From contig CAVSPA010000007.1 in the NCBI GenBank assembly GCA_963729715.1, forward strand, positions 288,001-352,000: a DNA stretch of 64,000 nucleotides, given 5' to 3'. The position numbers and the translations under genes were made by a program. Source of the stretch: an uncultured delta proteobacterium (lineage in GTDB: Bacteria; Desulfobacterota; Syntrophia; Syntrophales; UBA2185). The notes under the pieces were generated by a model, which worked only from the letters and a program-made list of their open reading frames with translations, had not been told where the DNA came from and ran no database searches. Position 1 is the first letter of the stretch; each line of letters starts with the position of its first letter. Shown in pieces: positions 28,796-40,716 of the stretch.

Positions 28796-28856
28796 GCGGA
28801 CGATGTAATTGGAGGGTGATTTTTAGTCAATCACCCCTGAAATGTCAAGGTCAAAA

Positions 28857-30269
28857 TCAACCTCTGCAATTAATGAACGCAATTGCTCTTCGTATGCGTT
28901 TGATGACCCTCTCTTTGCCGATGGTGATCATAATTTCATCAACGCCGGGGCTCACGGTTTTTCCTGTCAGTGCAACGCGGAGGGGCTGGGCAATCACCTT
29001 GAGGCTGACGCCCCTTTCTCCGGCGATGGCGCGGAGAAAATCCTCCATGCCTTTCTTCGTAAAATCCTGGAACGTGGGAAGCCCTTCAGCTATGGCAGTC
29101 AGATGATCCACAATCTTTTTGTCGAGAAATTTATCAGCCGCCTGCGCGTCATAGACAATATCATCCGTGAAGTAAAAGACACTTGCATCGGCAAGCTCTG
29201 CGAGAGTCTTCGATCTCGTCTTCAGGTCATCGGCGATATGTTTCAGAAGATCGCAGTCTGAAGTATCAACACCCAGTTTCTGCCAGAGTGGCATCGTCTC
29301 CTCTACGAGTCTTGCGGATTCACATTCCTTGATGTAGTGTTGATTCAGCCAGAGAAGTTTTTCCGGATTAAATACAGCGGCGGATTTTCCGACGGACTCA
29401 AGCGTAAAAACTCGGATAAGTTCATCCAAAGAAAATATTTCCTGGTCTCCGTAAGACCAGCCGAGCCTGACGAGATAATTCACCACGGCCTCGGGCAGAT
29501 AGCCCATTTCCTTGTAGGCCATGACCGATGTCGCCCCATGACGTTTGCTCAGCCGCGCCTTATCCGAACCCATGATCATGGAAACGTGTGCGAATTCAGG
29601 AACATCATATCCGAGCGCCTGATAGAGGAGGATCTGCCTTGGCGTATTGTTCAGGTGGTCATCCCCCCTAGTCACATGGGTAATTTCCATCTGGGCATCG
29701 TCCACGACGACGGCAAAATTATACGTGGGGTAGCCGTCGCTTCTTTCTATGACGAGATCATCGAGTTCCTCGTTATTAAAGGTAATCATCCCCTTAATCA
29801 GGTCATTTACGACCGTCACGCCCGTGTCAGGACACCGGAAGCGCACGACCGCATTCGCGGACCGGGGAAGGTTCTTATCCCGGCACGTGCCGTCATACTT
29901 AGGCTTCCTCCCTTCGGCAAGGGCCCTCTTCCTTTTGCCCTCCAGCTCTTCGGGAGTGCATACGCAGCAGTAGGCCTTGCCTTCATCGAGGAGCCTTCTT
30001 ACCATTTCTCTATGGATATCTACACGTTGTGCCTGAAAAAAAGGTCCTTCGTCCCAGTTGAGCCCCAGCCATGACAGGGCGTCGAGAATCGCCCTTGTTG
30101 ATTCCTCCGTCGAACGAACCTGATCGGTATCCTCAATCCGGAGAATAAATTTTCCGCCCTCGTGCCTGGCATAAAGCCAGGAAAAAAGAGCCGTTCTCGC
30201 CCCGCCGATGTGCAAGAAGCCCGTCGGAGACGGGGCAAAACGGGTTCTGACATTTTTCTTTTCCGTCAT
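28857..30269 (-). CDS. gltX: Glutamate--tRNA ligase
   Basis: RFAPSPTGFLHIGGAR, LRIEDTD, RGDDH, LSKRHG. Confidence 0.97.
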   Translation of the reverse strand: MTEKKNVRTRFAPSPTGFLHIGGARTALFSWLYARHEGGKFILRIEDTDQVRSTEESTRAILDALSWLGLNWDEGPFFQAQRVDIHREMVRRLLDEGKAYCCVCTPEELEGKRKRALAEGRKPKYDGTCRDKNLPRSANAVVRFRCPDTGVTVVNDLIKGMITFNNEELDDLVIERSDGYPTYNFAVVVDDAQMEITHVTRGDDHLNNTPRQILLYQALGYDVPEFAHVSMIMGSDKARLSKRHGATSVMAYKEMGYLPEAVVNYLVRLGWSYGDQEIFSLDELIRVFTLESVGKSAAVFNPEKLLWLNQHYIKECESARLVEETMPLWQKLGVDTSDCDLLKHIADDLKTRSKTLAELADASVFYFTDDIVYDAQAADKFLDKKIVDHLTAIAEGLPTFQDFTKKGMEDFLRAIAGERGVSLKVIAQPLRVALTGKTVSPGVDEIMITIGKERVIKRIRRAIAFINCRG

Positions 30270-30469
30270 TTTATTAACCGTACCCACCGCTTTGATGACC
30301 TTCTTATAGGGCTGCAACTTTCGCTTGTCAAGCCGGATTTCGAAAGGTAAAATTATACTTGACAACCAGGCCAATTTATAATCTACTTCGCACCTTACAG
30401 CAAAAGCTCATCGCATGCCTGGGATACATTTTAAGAATAGAATCCGACGCATATAATTAAAGAAGTACC

Positions 30470-31006
30470 GTGAAAGTAATTATCAACAACATCCCAGATG
30501 AGGGATTGAAAATATCGCTGCAGAAGGATGGCGACTGGTTTCGGTGTCTCCTCCCTGAGAAGGAAAAAGATGATTTCTCCATCCGGGGGATTGATGTTTT
30601 CTGTGAAGCTAAAAGGATCCGTGAGACCGTGTTCATCGATGGGACTCTGGAAACCACCGTTACTGCGAATTGCTGCCGGTGTCTGGAAGCCACCCATCTG
30701 CCTATAAAGACCAGCTTTAGATACACCTTTATCCCGGAGAAGAAAGGGTCGAAGCAGGAAGACGAACTGAGTACGGAGGACCTTGAATACGGATATTATC
30801 AGGATGATGTAATAGACCTCGATAATCTCGTATTTGAACAGGTCATGCTGCAGATTCCGATCAAGGTTCTTTGTACGGACGCCTGCAAAGGTCTATGCGC
30901 ACATTGCGGAAAAAATCTCAACACGGCAAACTGTGGCTGCCATGCCGAATTCATTGATGAAAGGCTGGCAGTTTTAAAAAAACTCAAATTAGTGGAAAAC
31001 AAGTAA
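30470..31006 (+). CDS. DUF177/YceD family protein
   Basis: CCRCL, LCTDACKGLCAHCGKNLN, DERLAVL; directly upstream of rpmF. Confidence 0.9.
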   Translation: MKVIINNIPDEGLKISLQKDGDWFRCLLPEKEKDDFSIRGIDVFCEAKRIRETVFIDGTLETTVTANCCRCLEATHLPIKTSFRYTFIPEKKGSKQEDELSTEDLEYGYYQDDVIDLDNLVFEQVMLQIPIKVLCTDACKGLCAHCGKNLNTANCGCHAEFIDERLAVLKKLKLVENK

Positions 31007-31030
31007 ATTTAATCTTAGAGGAAAAGAACT

Positions 31031-31216
31031 ATGCCAAACCCCGTAAAACGACATTCGAGAACAAGGAGGAACAAGAGGAGGTCGCATGATTTTCTCAAGC
31101 CTCAACTTGCTTCTGCGTGCCCACAGTGCAATGAACCGAAGCTTGCTCATCATGTCTGCCCGAATTGCGGCACATATAAGGGCAGGCAGGTCATTCCGAC
31201 GGAAAAGATGTCTTAA
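31031..31216 (+). CDS. rpmF: 50S ribosomal protein L32
   Basis: MPNPVKRHSRTRRNKRRSH...CPQC...HHVCPNCGTYKGR. Confidence 0.96.
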   Translation: MPNPVKRHSRTRRNKRRSHDFLKPQLASACPQCNEPKLAHHVCPNCGTYKGRQVIPTEKMS

Positions 31217-31339
31217 AGACTGTTGCGGCAACAAGACATCCACAGCAGATGGATTTTAAAGATTCCGCGTCTACGGCGCGGTCTTTATTTGTGTGATACG
31301 GTTTCATAAATTAGTTTATGCGTGGAGGAGGAAGTATTG

Positions 31340-31576
31340 ATGAAGCTCGAGGATAGAGTCATAGAGATTATAGTGCAGCGTCTGGATGTCACAAAGGAAG
31401 AATGCGTGCCGGAGGCAGCCTTTATAGATGATCTGGGAGCCGATTCCCTTGACTTGGTTGAACTGATCATGGAAATGGAAGAAAATTTTGGAATACAAAT
31501 CTCCGATGAAGAACTGGAAAAAATCCGCACGATAAAAGACGTAATCGAATTCCTCAAGAAAAAAGGGGTTACGTAA
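31340..31576 (+). CDS. acpP: Acyl carrier protein
   Basis: FIDDLGADSLDLVELIM. Confidence 0.96.
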   Translation: MKLEDRVIEIIVQRLDVTKEECVPEAAFIDDLGADSLDLVELIMEMEENFGIQISDEELEKIRTIKDVIEFLKKKGVT

Positions 31577-31607
31577 AATAAATACGCAGCGAAGGAAACA
31601 ACCCTCT

Positions 31608-32852
31608 TTGAAAAGAAGAATCGTTATAACCGGAATCGGTGCAGTCACGCCTCTTGGCAACTCTGCTCGCGATTCGTGGAAGGCAATCTGCGCCGGACAA
31701 TCCGGAATCGGGAGAATAACAAGATTCGATGCCTCGGGACATAGGACGCAGATTGCCGGGGAACTGAAGAACTTTGATCCCCTGAATTATGTGAGCAATA
31801 AAGAGCTTCGCAAGCTTGATAACTTCATTGTCTATGCCCTGGCAGCTGCCGGGATGGCTGTGTCGGATGCGAAACTGCGCATTAATGAAACGAATGCCCA
31901 GCGGGTGGGAGTAATCATCGGATCGGCAATCGGCGGCCTTGGGACCATGGAAAGAGAGAAAGATGCTTTACTCGCCGGTGGCCCCAGAAAGATCTCCCCT
32001 TTTTCTATCCCGGCCGTCCTTGCAAATCTTGCCGCAGGTCATGTATCGATCAGATTCGGAGCCAAAGGCCCGATAAGTTGTCCCGCCACTGCCTGCTCTT
32101 CCGGCACAAATGCTGTCGGGGACGCCATGAGGATCATCAGCGGCGGTTATGCGGATGTCATGATAGCCGGAGGCACTGATGCCGCGATTACACCTCTCGG
32201 TGTGGGCGGCTTCAACGCCATGAGGGCCATATCTACAAGAAATGACGAGCCTGAGAAAGCGAGTCGTCCCTTTGATAAAGATAGGGATGGCTTTGTTATG
32301 GGGGAAGGTTCCGGTATTTTGATCCTTGAGGAACTGACTAATGCCCTCAAGAGAGGCGCGAGGATATGCGCGGAAGTGGTGGGTTACGGCTCGACGAGTG
32401 ATGCCTACCACATGGCGATACCTCCTCCGGGACATGAAGGTGCAGCGCGATGCATGTCCGCCGCCCTGAAAGACGCCCACATGAAACCGGCTGACATCGA
32501 TTACATAAATGCCCATGGCACATCGACGCCTCCGAACGACCTCTATGAAACACAGGCCATTAAGAAGGTCTTTGGCAAACATGCCTCAAATCTTGCCGTC
32601 AGTTCTACAAAATCCATGACCGGTCATCTCCTCGGAGCTGCAGGCGCGCTGGAAGCCATTATATCAGCGATGTCTATTTACAAAGGAATTATTCCACCGA
32701 CTATCAATCTCGATAACCCGGACCCAGATTGTGATCTCGACTATGTTCCCCACAAGGCGCGGAAGAAAAATATCGCTACGGCCATGTCGAACACATTCGG
32801 TTTCGGCGGAGTCAACGCTGTCCTGATATTCAGGAAATCAAATAAGCTTTGA
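31608..32852 (+). CDS. fabF: 3-oxoacyl-ACP synthase II
   Basis: TACSSG, NAHGTST, KSMTGHLLGAAG, NTFGFGG. Confidence 0.95.
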   Translation: MKRRIVITGIGAVTPLGNSARDSWKAICAGQSGIGRITRFDASGHRTQIAGELKNFDPLNYVSNKELRKLDNFIVYALAAAGMAVSDAKLRINETNAQRVGVIIGSAIGGLGTMEREKDALLAGGPRKISPFSIPAVLANLAAGHVSIRFGAKGPISCPATACSSGTNAVGDAMRIISGGYADVMIAGGTDAAITPLGVGGFNAMRAISTRNDEPEKASRPFDKDRDGFVMGEGSGILILEELTNALKRGARICAEVVGYGSTSDAYHMAIPPPGHEGAARCMSAALKDAHMKPADIDYINAHGTSTPPNDLYETQAIKKVFGKHASNLAVSSTKSMTGHLLGAAGALEAIISAMSIYKGIIPPTINLDNPDPDCDLDYVPHKARKKNIATAMSNTFGFGGVNAVLIFRKSNKL

Positions 32853-32856
32853 TAAA

Positions 32857-33309
32857 ATGGACAAGATAATCATAGGCAGCGACCACGCGGGTTTTTCCTT
32901 AAAAGAAATTGTCAAACAGTACGCTGCTGAAATGGGATACGCCGTGACGGACGCAGGCACGGACAGCGCGGCCAGTGTGGATTATCCGGATTTCGGCGCC
33001 GTAGTCGCCCAAAGGGTATCTGCCGGGGAGTTTGACCGGGGCATACTCGTGTGCGGTTCCGGTGTCGGCATGAGCATTGTCGCAAACAAATTCCCCGGCG
33101 TGAGAGCGGCCCTGTCCCTTGATGAAGAGACGGCCCGCATGAGCAGGCTGCACAATGATGCAAATATTCTCGTCCTTGCCGGGAGACGAACGGAAGAGGA
33201 AAGGGCAAAATTGATTGTCCGCTTGTGGCTGAACACCGAATTTGAGGGCGGCCGCCATCAGACGAGGCTCGATAAGATTGCGGCGCTTGGCGAGCAGCTT
33301 TACAAATGA
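32857..33309 (+). CDS. rpiB: Ribose 5-phosphate isomerase B
   Basis: GSDHAG, DYPD, CGSGVGM, HNDAN, FEGGRH. Confidence 0.95.
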   Translation: MDKIIIGSDHAGFSLKEIVKQYAAEMGYAVTDAGTDSAASVDYPDFGAVVAQRVSAGEFDRGILVCGSGVGMSIVANKFPGVRAALSLDEETARMSRLHNDANILVLAGRRTEEERAKLIVRLWLNTEFEGGRHQTRLDKIAALGEQLYK

Positions 33310-33362
33310 AGATTAGTGGTTATATAAATCCATGGAGAACGGAGAGGCTGACAGGTAGCAAG

Positions 33363-33848
33363 ATGGCTAAGACCGGACGTTCAAAGCCGGAGGTCCCCCG
33401 ACGGAAAAAGCGCCGGCCGGAATGGAACGAATATTTCATGGACATCGCCGATCTCGTCTCGAAACGTTCTACATGTCTGAGACGGAGTGTCGGCGCTGTT
33501 ATCGTGAAAGATCGCAGGCTGCTTGCCACGGGCTACAATGGCGCGCCCTCCGGCCTTCACCACTGCCTGGATGTCGGCTGTCTGCGGGAACAACTCGGCG
33601 TTCCTTCCGGCGAGCGCCATGAACTCTGCCGCGGATTGCACGCAGAACAGAATGCCATCATTCAGGCCGCACTCCACGGAGTAAGTGTAAATGGTTCCTC
33701 GCTTTACTGCACCAATCATCCGTGTATAATATGCGCCAAGATGATTATCAACGCAGGTATAGTGACAGTGATCGTAAAGGCAGACTACAGGGATAAACTG
33801 GCGACGGATATATTAAAGGAAGCCGGTATAACGGTGACTCAGTTATGA
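33363..33848 (+). CDS. dCMP deaminase (ComEB-like)
   Basis: RSTCLRR, TGYNG, HAEQNA, PCIIC; start uncertain (33306 or 33363). Confidence 0.9.
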   Translation: MAKTGRSKPEVPRRKKRRPEWNEYFMDIADLVSKRSTCLRRSVGAVIVKDRRLLATGYNGAPSGLHHCLDVGCLREQLGVPSGERHELCRGLHAEQNAIIQAALHGVSVNGSSLYCTNHPCIICAKMIINAGIVTVIVKADYRDKLATDILKEAGITVTQL

Positions 33849-34315
33849 AGTGTCCCTTTTGCGCAAATGCAGAAAGCAAGGTTATTGACTCCCGGATCAG
33901 CAAGGACGGGGATGCGATAAGGAGAAGACGGGAATGCATCGCCTGCGGGAAACGTTTCACGACCTATGAATTCGTGGAGGAAGTCCTTCCGATGGTGGTC
34001 AAGAAAGATGGACGCAGGGAACCATTCGACAGCACAAAGATACGCTCCGGCATCAAGAGGGCCTGTGAAAAACGCCCCATAAGCACGGATGCAATCGAAG
34101 GCGTCGTGGATAGAATCGAGAGGCACTGTCAGGAATATCAGGATAAAGAGATCCCCTCATCCGCCATTGGCGAGCAGGTTATGAAGGAGCTTCAGAATCT
34201 GGACGACGTCGCCTATGTGAGGTTCGCATCGGTATACAGGGAGTTTCGTGACGTCAGTGATTTCATGGAAGGACTGAAGGATCTCCTCAATGTAAAAAAA
34301 GATGAACACAGATGA
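33845..34315 (+). CDS. nrdR: Transcriptional repressor NrdR
   Basis: MKCPFC...VIDSR...RRRREC...[16 protein letters not shown]. Confidence 0.97.
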   Translation: MKCPFCANAESKVIDSRISKDGDAIRRRRECIACGKRFTTYEFVEEVLPMVVKKDGRREPFDSTKIRSGIKRACEKRPISTDAIEGVVDRIERHCQEYQDKEIPSSAIGEQVMKELQNLDDVAYVRFASVYREFRDVSDFMEGLKDLLNVKKDEHR

Positions 34316-34353
34316 CTGATCAAAAAAGTTGTCGGCGGGAAATTTGAACAACC

Positions 34354-34989
34354 ATGTTCACAGGGATCATAGAAGACTTAGGGACAGTCAACAGGATAAC
34401 GAGGAAGGGAGAAGACGCCCTTCTCATTATCGACACGTCCATGAACCTCGGTGACGTCAATATTGGCGACAGCATTTCCATAAGCGGCGCCTGTCTCACG
34501 GTAACGGAGAAAGGAAACAAGCGCTTCTCCGCGGACGTCTCCGCCGAAACCCTGGCCAGGACGAATCTTAAATCGCTAAAGTCAGGCGATAAGGTGAACC
34601 TGGAAAAATCGCTGCGGCTGAACAGCCTCCTCGGAGGACACCTGGTTCTCGGTCATGTGGACGGCATAGGGAAGATTCAGGAGAGAGCGAGTAAGTCTAA
34701 CTCCATCCAGTTCGGCGTGGAAATCGACGCCGAATTGGGCCACTACATCGTAGAAAAGGGGTCGGTCGCCGTCGACGGCATAAGTCTGACGGTAAATCGT
34801 TGTGAAAAGAACAGATTTTATGTTAATATGATTCCGCATACGGCCCGGAACACGACTTTAGGATTTAAAAAAGCAGCCGACCTAGTTAATATTGAAACGG
34901 ATATAATCGGAAAATATGTGGAGAAATTTGTCAATCCCGGCAAAGGGATTGACATGAATTTCCTTGCGGAGCACGGATTCTTGAAATGA
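34354..34989 (+). CDS. ribE: Riboflavin synthase alpha chain
   Basis: MFTGII, GACLTV, GGHLVLGHVDG, KGSVAVDGISLT. Confidence 0.96.
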   Translation: MFTGIIEDLGTVNRITRKGEDALLIIDTSMNLGDVNIGDSISISGACLTVTEKGNKRFSADVSAETLARTNLKSLKSGDKVNLEKSLRLNSLLGGHLVLGHVDGIGKIQERASKSNSIQFGVEIDAELGHYIVEKGSVAVDGISLTVNRCEKNRFYVNMIPHTARNTTLGFKKAADLVNIETDIIGKYVEKFVNPGKGIDMNFLAEHGFLK

Positions 34990-35077
34990 ATCTCCTCCCT
35001 TTCCCTTTTGCACAAGGACACGGGGAAATTCGATAGAGCGCTCAAGCATTGAGAACTAAAATATTGAAGGTGAAAAG

Positions 35078-36280
35078 ATGGGTATAAGCACAATAAAAGA
35101 GGCTATTGTAGATATCAAGAGCGGCAGAATGGTCATCCTAGTTGATGATGAAGACAGAGAAAACGAAGGCGACCTCTGCATGGCGGCGGAATTTGTTACG
35201 CCTGAGGCCATTAACTTCATGGCAAAATATGGGAGAGGGCTTGTATGCCTGTCCCTGAATGACGATCTTGCCGATAAACTGAACCTCCACCCCATGGTGG
35301 TGGATAACAAATCCTGCTTCGGCACCGCCTTTACTGTATCTATAGAAGCGAAGCGCGGCGTGACAACCGGAATTTCCGCGGCAGACAGGGCGACGACAAT
35401 AAAAACCGCCGTAGCAGATGACGTTACACCTGACGACGTCGTCAGCCCGGGGCATATCTTCCCCATACGCGCAAAAAAAGGCGGCGTGCTGGTGAGAACG
35501 GGCCAGACCGAAGGTTCCGTAGATCTCGCGCGGTTGGCCGGGTTGAAGCCCGCGGGTGTGATATGTGAAATCATGAAGGACGATGGCACCATGGCCAGAA
35601 TGCCTGACCTGGAAATCTTCGCCAAGGGACATGATCTCAAGATAGTGACCATCTCCGATCTAATCCAGTACAGGATGCAGCACGAATCCCTGATCAGGAG
35701 GGCAGCGGCGGCGATGATTCCTACAGTCTTCGGCGGTCAGTTCAAGATTGTCGTGTACGAAAATGACGTGGACGATATGAAACATGTGGCTCTCGTGAAG
35801 GGAGATATTGGGCCGGACGACGAGGTTCTGGTGCGGGTTCATTCGGAGTGCCTTACCGGCGATGTCTTCGGGTCGGAAAGGTGCGACTGCGGCCACCAAC
35901 TCCATAGGGCAATGGAAATGGTGGATGAGGCGGGAAAGGGTATTATTGTGTATATGCATCAGGAAGGCAGAGGCATCGGCCTCGTCAATAAAATCAGGGC
36001 CTACGAATTGCAGGAGCACGGGAAAGACACTGTCGAAGCCAATATCTCGCTCGGTTTCAAGGCGGATTTGCGGGATTACGGTATTGGCGCCCAGATACTT
36101 GCAGATCTCGGTGTGAAGAAGATGAAACTGATGACCAACAATCCCAAGAAGATTGTGGGCCTCGAAGGGTATGGTTTAACCGTTACCGACCGCATCCCCA
36201 TCGAAATAAAACCTAATGAGAGCAACATCAAATATCTGAAGACAAAAAAGAAAAAGATGGGCCATTTGTTGGAGATATAG
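35078..36280 (+). CDS. ribBA: DHBP synthase / GTP cyclohydrolase II
   Basis: [33 protein letters not shown]. Confidence 0.97.
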   Translation: MGISTIKEAIVDIKSGRMVILVDDEDRENEGDLCMAAEFVTPEAINFMAKYGRGLVCLSLNDDLADKLNLHPMVVDNKSCFGTAFTVSIEAKRGVTTGISAADRATTIKTAVADDVTPDDVVSPGHIFPIRAKKGGVLVRTGQTEGSVDLARLAGLKPAGVICEIMKDDGTMARMPDLEIFAKGHDLKIVTISDLIQYRMQHESLIRRAAAAMIPTVFGGQFKIVVYENDVDDMKHVALVKGDIGPDDEVLVRVHSECLTGDVFGSERCDCGHQLHRAMEMVDEAGKGIIVYMHQEGRGIGLVNKIRAYELQEHGKDTVEANISLGFKADLRDYGIGAQILADLGVKKMKLMTNNPKKIVGLEGYGLTVTDRIPIEIKPNESNIKYLKTKKKKMGHLLEI

Positions 36281-36351
36281 TTTCTTTTTATCATAATACG
36301 CGGACATGAACTGAAGGTTAGGTTCCAGGATTACAAAATGGAGAGGAGAAT

Positions 36352-36816
36352 ATGCCAAGAATCATAGAAGGAAAGCTTGTAGCCAAGGGGATGAAGTTTG
36401 GCATTGTCGCCAGTCGATTCAACGATTTTATCTGTGGAAGGCTCATTGATGGCGCTGTTGATGCACTCACCAGGGCAGGTGCGGATGAGAAGGACATTAT
36501 CATTTATAAGGTCCCCGGTGCATTTGAATTGCCCGCTATGGCCAAGAAGCTCGCAAAGGCTGCGAAATTCGATGCCGTGATTTGTCTTGGCGCAGTGATC
36601 AGAGGGGCGACACCGCATTTTGAATACATCAGCGCCGAGGTCACAAAAGGGATAGCGAGTGTCGGTCTGGAGACGGAGATGCCTGTAGCCTTCGGCGTAT
36701 TGACGACGGACACCATTGAACAGGCAATTGAACGGGCGGGCGCCAAAGCCGGGAATAAAGGCTGGGACGCCGCCATGTCCGCCATCGAAATGGTGGACCT
36801 CTTCAGAAAATTATAG
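36352..36816 (+). CDS. ribH: Lumazine synthase
   Basis: [22 protein letters not shown]. Confidence 0.97.
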   Translation: MPRIIEGKLVAKGMKFGIVASRFNDFICGRLIDGAVDALTRAGADEKDIIIYKVPGAFELPAMAKKLAKAAKFDAVICLGAVIRGATPHFEYISAEVTKGIASVGLETEMPVAFGVLTTDTIEQAIERAGAKAGNKGWDAAMSAIEMVDLFRKL

Positions 36817-36843
36817 CCTGGGACCTTCTGAAACTTCATCTAA

Positions 36844-36916
36844 TGTCATTTCGGGAAAGAGTGCGCGAAGATTGCCCCCGCAAAGGCGGGGAGCAGTCGC
36901 GCTGACCGAAATGACA
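36844..36916. repeat. Nested palindromic (REP-like) element
   Basis: TGTCATTTCGG...CCGAAATGACA enclosing GCGCGA/TCGCGC and CCCCGC/GCGGGG stems. Confidence 0.65.
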
Positions 36917-37010
36917 GGGCAACATTTCTTTCAAGACCGCTATGTTTCTTTTTTTATTATCTGCAGACCCGTCATGAGCGGCGTCTGATGCACCATATTT
37001 AGAGGAATTA

Positions 37011-37466
37011 ATGCATCAACGGAGAAAGGCAAGAGAGATTGCCTTACAAGTTCTTTACGAGTTGGATGTTTTAGATATCGATGCCACCGAGGCTATTGCG
37101 ATCTTCTGGAACTATTTCGGCGCGCCGGAAGAGTCCAGAAAATTTTCTACGCTCTTGATAGAAGGCACTTGCGGTAAGAAAGAGGAGATAGACAGTCTCA
37201 TAAGCAGTTCTTCCGATAACTGGTCCCTTGCACGGATGTCGAGGGTCGACAGGAATATCCTCCGCATGGCCGTCTACGAGCTCTTATACTGTCCGGACAT
37301 ACCCCCCAAAGTCACGCTGAACGAAGCTATAGATTTAGGCAAGTTGTACGGCTCTGAAAATTCCGGCTCTTTCATAAACGGTATTCTCGATGCCGTATAC
37401 CTGAAATTGTACAAAGATGAAGCAGATCAGAATATAAACGGACTCACCGGAAGTTCTAATTCATGA
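37011..37466 (+). CDS. nusB: Antitermination factor NusB
   Basis: RRKARE, DRNILR, NEAIDLGK, FINGILD. Confidence 0.96.
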   Translation: MHQRRKAREIALQVLYELDVLDIDATEAIAIFWNYFGAPEESRKFSTLLIEGTCGKKEEIDSLISSSSDNWSLARMSRVDRNILRMAVYELLYCPDIPPKVTLNEAIDLGKLYGSENSGSFINGILDAVYLKLYKDEADQNINGLTGSSNS

Positions 37467-37541
37467 TGATATTATCCCTAAGTCTTGACAATAGGCGTTG
37501 AAGAAAGGGCGTCCCTGAGCATTTTGGAGGCTGGATGATTT

Positions 37542-40124
37542 ATGGAGAATAAGTACAAACCCCGGGAACTTGAAAAAAAATGGCAAAGGATCTGGGCAGA
37601 CGGCTGTATTTTCAAGGTCACAGAGGATCCTGATAAGAAGAAATACTACCTCCTGGAGATGTTTCCGTATCCGTCCGGGAAAATTCATATGGGCCATGTG
37701 AGGAACTACACTATCGGTGATGTAGTGGCGCGCTACAAGCGAATGAACGGATACAACGTCCTGCATCCCATGGGCTGGGATTCCTTCGGCATGCCTGCGG
37801 AAAACGCAGCCATAGACCATAAGATTCACCCGGCGACATGGACGAATGAAAACATCGCCTATATGAGAAAACAGCTCAAGGAGATGGGTTTCAGCTATGA
37901 CTGGGACAGGGAGCTTTCCACGTGTGAGCCGGAATATTACCGCTGGGAGCAACTGTTTTTTCTCTGGATGTACGAAAAAGGGCTGGCCTACAAAAAAAGT
38001 TCCATCGTGAACTGGTGCCGTGATTGTAAAACTGTTCTGGCAAATGAACAGGTGGAGTCCGGTCTCTGCTGGAGATGCTCCAAAGATGTCGAGGAGAAAT
38101 ACCTCGACCAGTGGTTTTTCCGCATCACCGATTACGTTGACGAGCTCCTAGAATATTGTGACAAGCTTCCCGGATGGCCTGAACGGGTCATCACTATGCA
38201 GAAGAACTGGATAGGCAAAAGTTTTGGATGCGAGATACACTTCCCTATGGCGGAAGGAAATGATGTAATCAAGGTCTTTACGACAAGGCAGGACACCGTA
38301 TACGGCGCCACATTCATGCTCGTCGCCGCCGAACTCCCCCGCGTCATGGAGCTGGCCAAGGGGAAGCCTGTTGAGAAAGAAGTCAGGGAATTCGTTGACA
38401 AGGTCAAAAAACAAGACAAGTTGATGAGGACTTCGGAATACTACGATAAGGAAGGCATATTCCTGGATGCCTACTGTCTTAATCCCGTGACTAAGAAGAG
38501 GATGCCCATCTTCGCCGCAAACTTCGTTGTTGCGGAGTACGGAACAGGCTGTGTCATGGCGGTTCCCACCCATGACCAGCGTGACTTTGAATTCGCAAAA
38601 AAGTATAATCTGCCCCTCATCGTGGTCATACAGCCGCCCAACAAGTCCCTCAATGTCCACACCATGACGGAGGCCTACGTGGAAGAAGGCATGCTCATCA
38701 ATTCGGGACAATTCAACGGCATGGAAAATATGAAGGCCTTAGATGCAATCGCGGAATATCTCGGATCCCTAGGGCGGGGCAAGAAGACCATACAGTACCG
38801 CTTGAGGGACTGGGGCATTTCCCGTCAGCGCTACTGGGGGGCTCCCATTCCCATCATCTACTGCGATAAGTGCGGCACGGTGCCGGTACCGGAAAATGAT
38901 CTCCCAGTGGTCTTGCCCAGAGAAGTGGAATTAACGGGAGAAGGCGGGTCGCCGCTCGGGAAGTACAAGGCCTTCGCGGAAACGCAATGCCCCAAGTGCG
39001 GCAATGCAGCGAAACGGGAAACTGATACTATGGACACGTTCGTAGAATCGTCCTGGTATTTTGACCGTTTCTGCTCGCCACAGTGCGCGGAGAAACCCGG
39101 CCTTGATCGTAAAAAGGTCGGCTACTGGATGCCAGTCGATCAGTATATCGGCGGGATTGAGCACGCCATCCTCCATCTTCTCTATTCAAGGTTCTATACA
39201 AAGATGCTGAGAGACTTCGGCGTTATTGACTTCGATGAGCCCTTCATTAATCTCCTGACCCAGGGCATGGTCTGCAAGGAAACGGCGCACTGCAAGGAGC
39301 ACGGCTATCTGTTCCCCGAAGAGGTGAAGGACGACAAATGTAAACACTGCGAGGCTGCAGTCATAATCGGCAAATCGGAAAAGATGTCCAAATCCTTGAA
39401 GAACGTCGTAGACCCCGATTACCTGATCAAGCAATACGGCGCCGATACGGCAAGGATGTTCTGCCTTTTTGCTGCGCCCCCGGAGAAGGACCTCGAGTGG
39501 AGTGACCAAGGTGTTGAAGGGTCGTTCCGTTTTCTCAACAGGGCATGGCGGATTGTCATGGACTACCGCGATGACATCGAAGCGGTTAAGTCCGCAGGCG
39601 GAGGCGAGACAATCGAAGGCGAACTGAAGAACCTGCGGCGAAAAACCCACCAGACAATCAGGAAAGTGACACGTGATATCGAGGACCGCTTTCATTTTAA
39701 TACGGCTATAAGCGCCGTCATGGAACTCGTCAATGCCCTCTATCTGATCGAGAGGCCGGCAAAGGAAGATAATATCGCCCTCTCTGTCATCAGAGAAACC
39801 ATCGAGACGGTAATAATATTGTTGGCGCCCATCGTTCCTCACATAACCGCGGAACTCTGGAAGGCATTGGGCTATGAAGGCAGTCTGGCCGACGTTCCCT
39901 GGCCTGTATATGATCACGCGGTTGCCGCAGACGAGGAGATAACCATAGTCATTCAGGTAAACGGCAAGGTAAGGAGCAGGATGCTTGTCCCCGTAGATGA
40001 GGACGGCGAGAAGATCAAGGCCCTTGCTCTCAATGATGATAAGATTGTCAGTTTAATCTCTGGCAAGAAGGTAGTGAGAGAAATATATGTCCCCAGAAAG
40101 CTCGTCAATATTGTCATTCAATAA
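37542..40124 (+). CDS. leuS: Leucine--tRNA ligase
   Basis: [29 protein letters not shown]. Confidence 0.98.
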   Translation: MENKYKPRELEKKWQRIWADGCIFKVTEDPDKKKYYLLEMFPYPSGKIHMGHVRNYTIGDVVARYKRMNGYNVLHPMGWDSFGMPAENAAIDHKIHPATWTNENIAYMRKQLKEMGFSYDWDRELSTCEPEYYRWEQLFFLWMYEKGLAYKKSSIVNWCRDCKTVLANEQVESGLCWRCSKDVEEKYLDQWFFRITDYVDELLEYCDKLPGWPERVITMQKNWIGKSFGCEIHFPMAEGNDVIKVFTTRQDTVYGATFMLVAAELPRVMELAKGKPVEKEVREFVDKVKKQDKLMRTSEYYDKEGIFLDAYCLNPVTKKRMPIFAANFVVAEYGTGCVMAVPTHDQRDFEFAKKYNLPLIVVIQPPNKSLNVHTMTEAYVEEGMLINSGQFNGMENMKALDAIAEYLGSLGRGKKTIQYRLRDWGISRQRYWGAPIPIIYCDKCGTVPVPENDLPVVLPREVELTGEGGSPLGKYKAFAETQCPKCGNAAKRETDTMDTFVESSWYFDRFCSPQCAEKPGLDRKKVGYWMPVDQYIGGIEHAILHLLYSRFYTKMLRDFGVIDFDEPFINLLTQGMVCKETAHCKEHGYLFPEEVKDDKCKHCEAAVIIGKSEKMSKSLKNVVDPDYLIKQYGADTARMFCLFAAPPEKDLEWSDQGVEGSFRFLNRAWRIVMDYRDDIEAVKSAGGGETIEGELKNLRRKTHQTIRKVTRDIEDRFHFNTAISAVMELVNALYLIERPAKEDNIALSVIRETIETVIILLAPIVPHITAELWKALGYEGSLADVPWPVYDHAVAADEEITIVIQVNGKVRSRMLVPVDEDGEKIKALALNDDKIVSLISGKKVVREIYVPRKLVNIVIQ

Positions 40125-40182
40125 GAAACGAATCGAAATAATTTGCCGCGCAGACCGTCCGTCGCTTTGTCTCCGCGGAACG

Positions 40183-40683
40183 ATGGTCGTCGCTTTTCTT
40201 CTGTCAGTCTTTCTCCTCGCAGGCTGCGGCTACCGCTTCAGCCCCGGCGGAGAATATATCGACAAGAAGATCAAGACGGTATTCATCGACAACTTTGTCA
40301 ATAAGACAAGTGAAGCCAATGTTGAAAATACTATCAGGAATTCCTTTATCGATCAATTTATCATAGGGGGCAGGTTCGCGTTGATCGACCGGCGTGAAAA
40401 TGCGGATGCAATCTTCAAGGGTAGTGTGAACAGCATCGTGACCTCCCCTCTCTCTTACCAGAGGACAGGCCTGGCGTCAGGAGAACGCCTGTCAGTAGTA
40501 ATGGAACTCATCTTTGAACAGGACAACCATAAGCTTATCTGGAATGACAAGAATTTTACGGCAATCCAGGACTACACCTTCACCGATCTGAATACCAGAG
40601 ATACAAACCGGAGCAATGCCCTCGTCAAGCTGTCAAATGATGCGGCCGAGAAAGCATACCGGTTAATGATGTCAGGCTTTTGA
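40183..40683 (+). CDS. lptE: LptE-like LPS assembly lipoprotein
   Basis: Lipobox LLAGC-GYRF, directly after leuS; start uncertain. Confidence 0.75.
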   Translation: MVVAFLLSVFLLAGCGYRFSPGGEYIDKKIKTVFIDNFVNKTSEANVENTIRNSFIDQFIIGGRFALIDRRENADAIFKGSVNSIVTSPLSYQRTGLASGERLSVVMELIFEQDNHKLIWNDKNFTAIQDYTFTDLNTRDTNRSNALVKLSNDAAEKAYRLMMSGF

Positions 40684-40716
40684 TAGGGATTGTTCTGAAA
40701 AAAGAATGTAGGGAAA

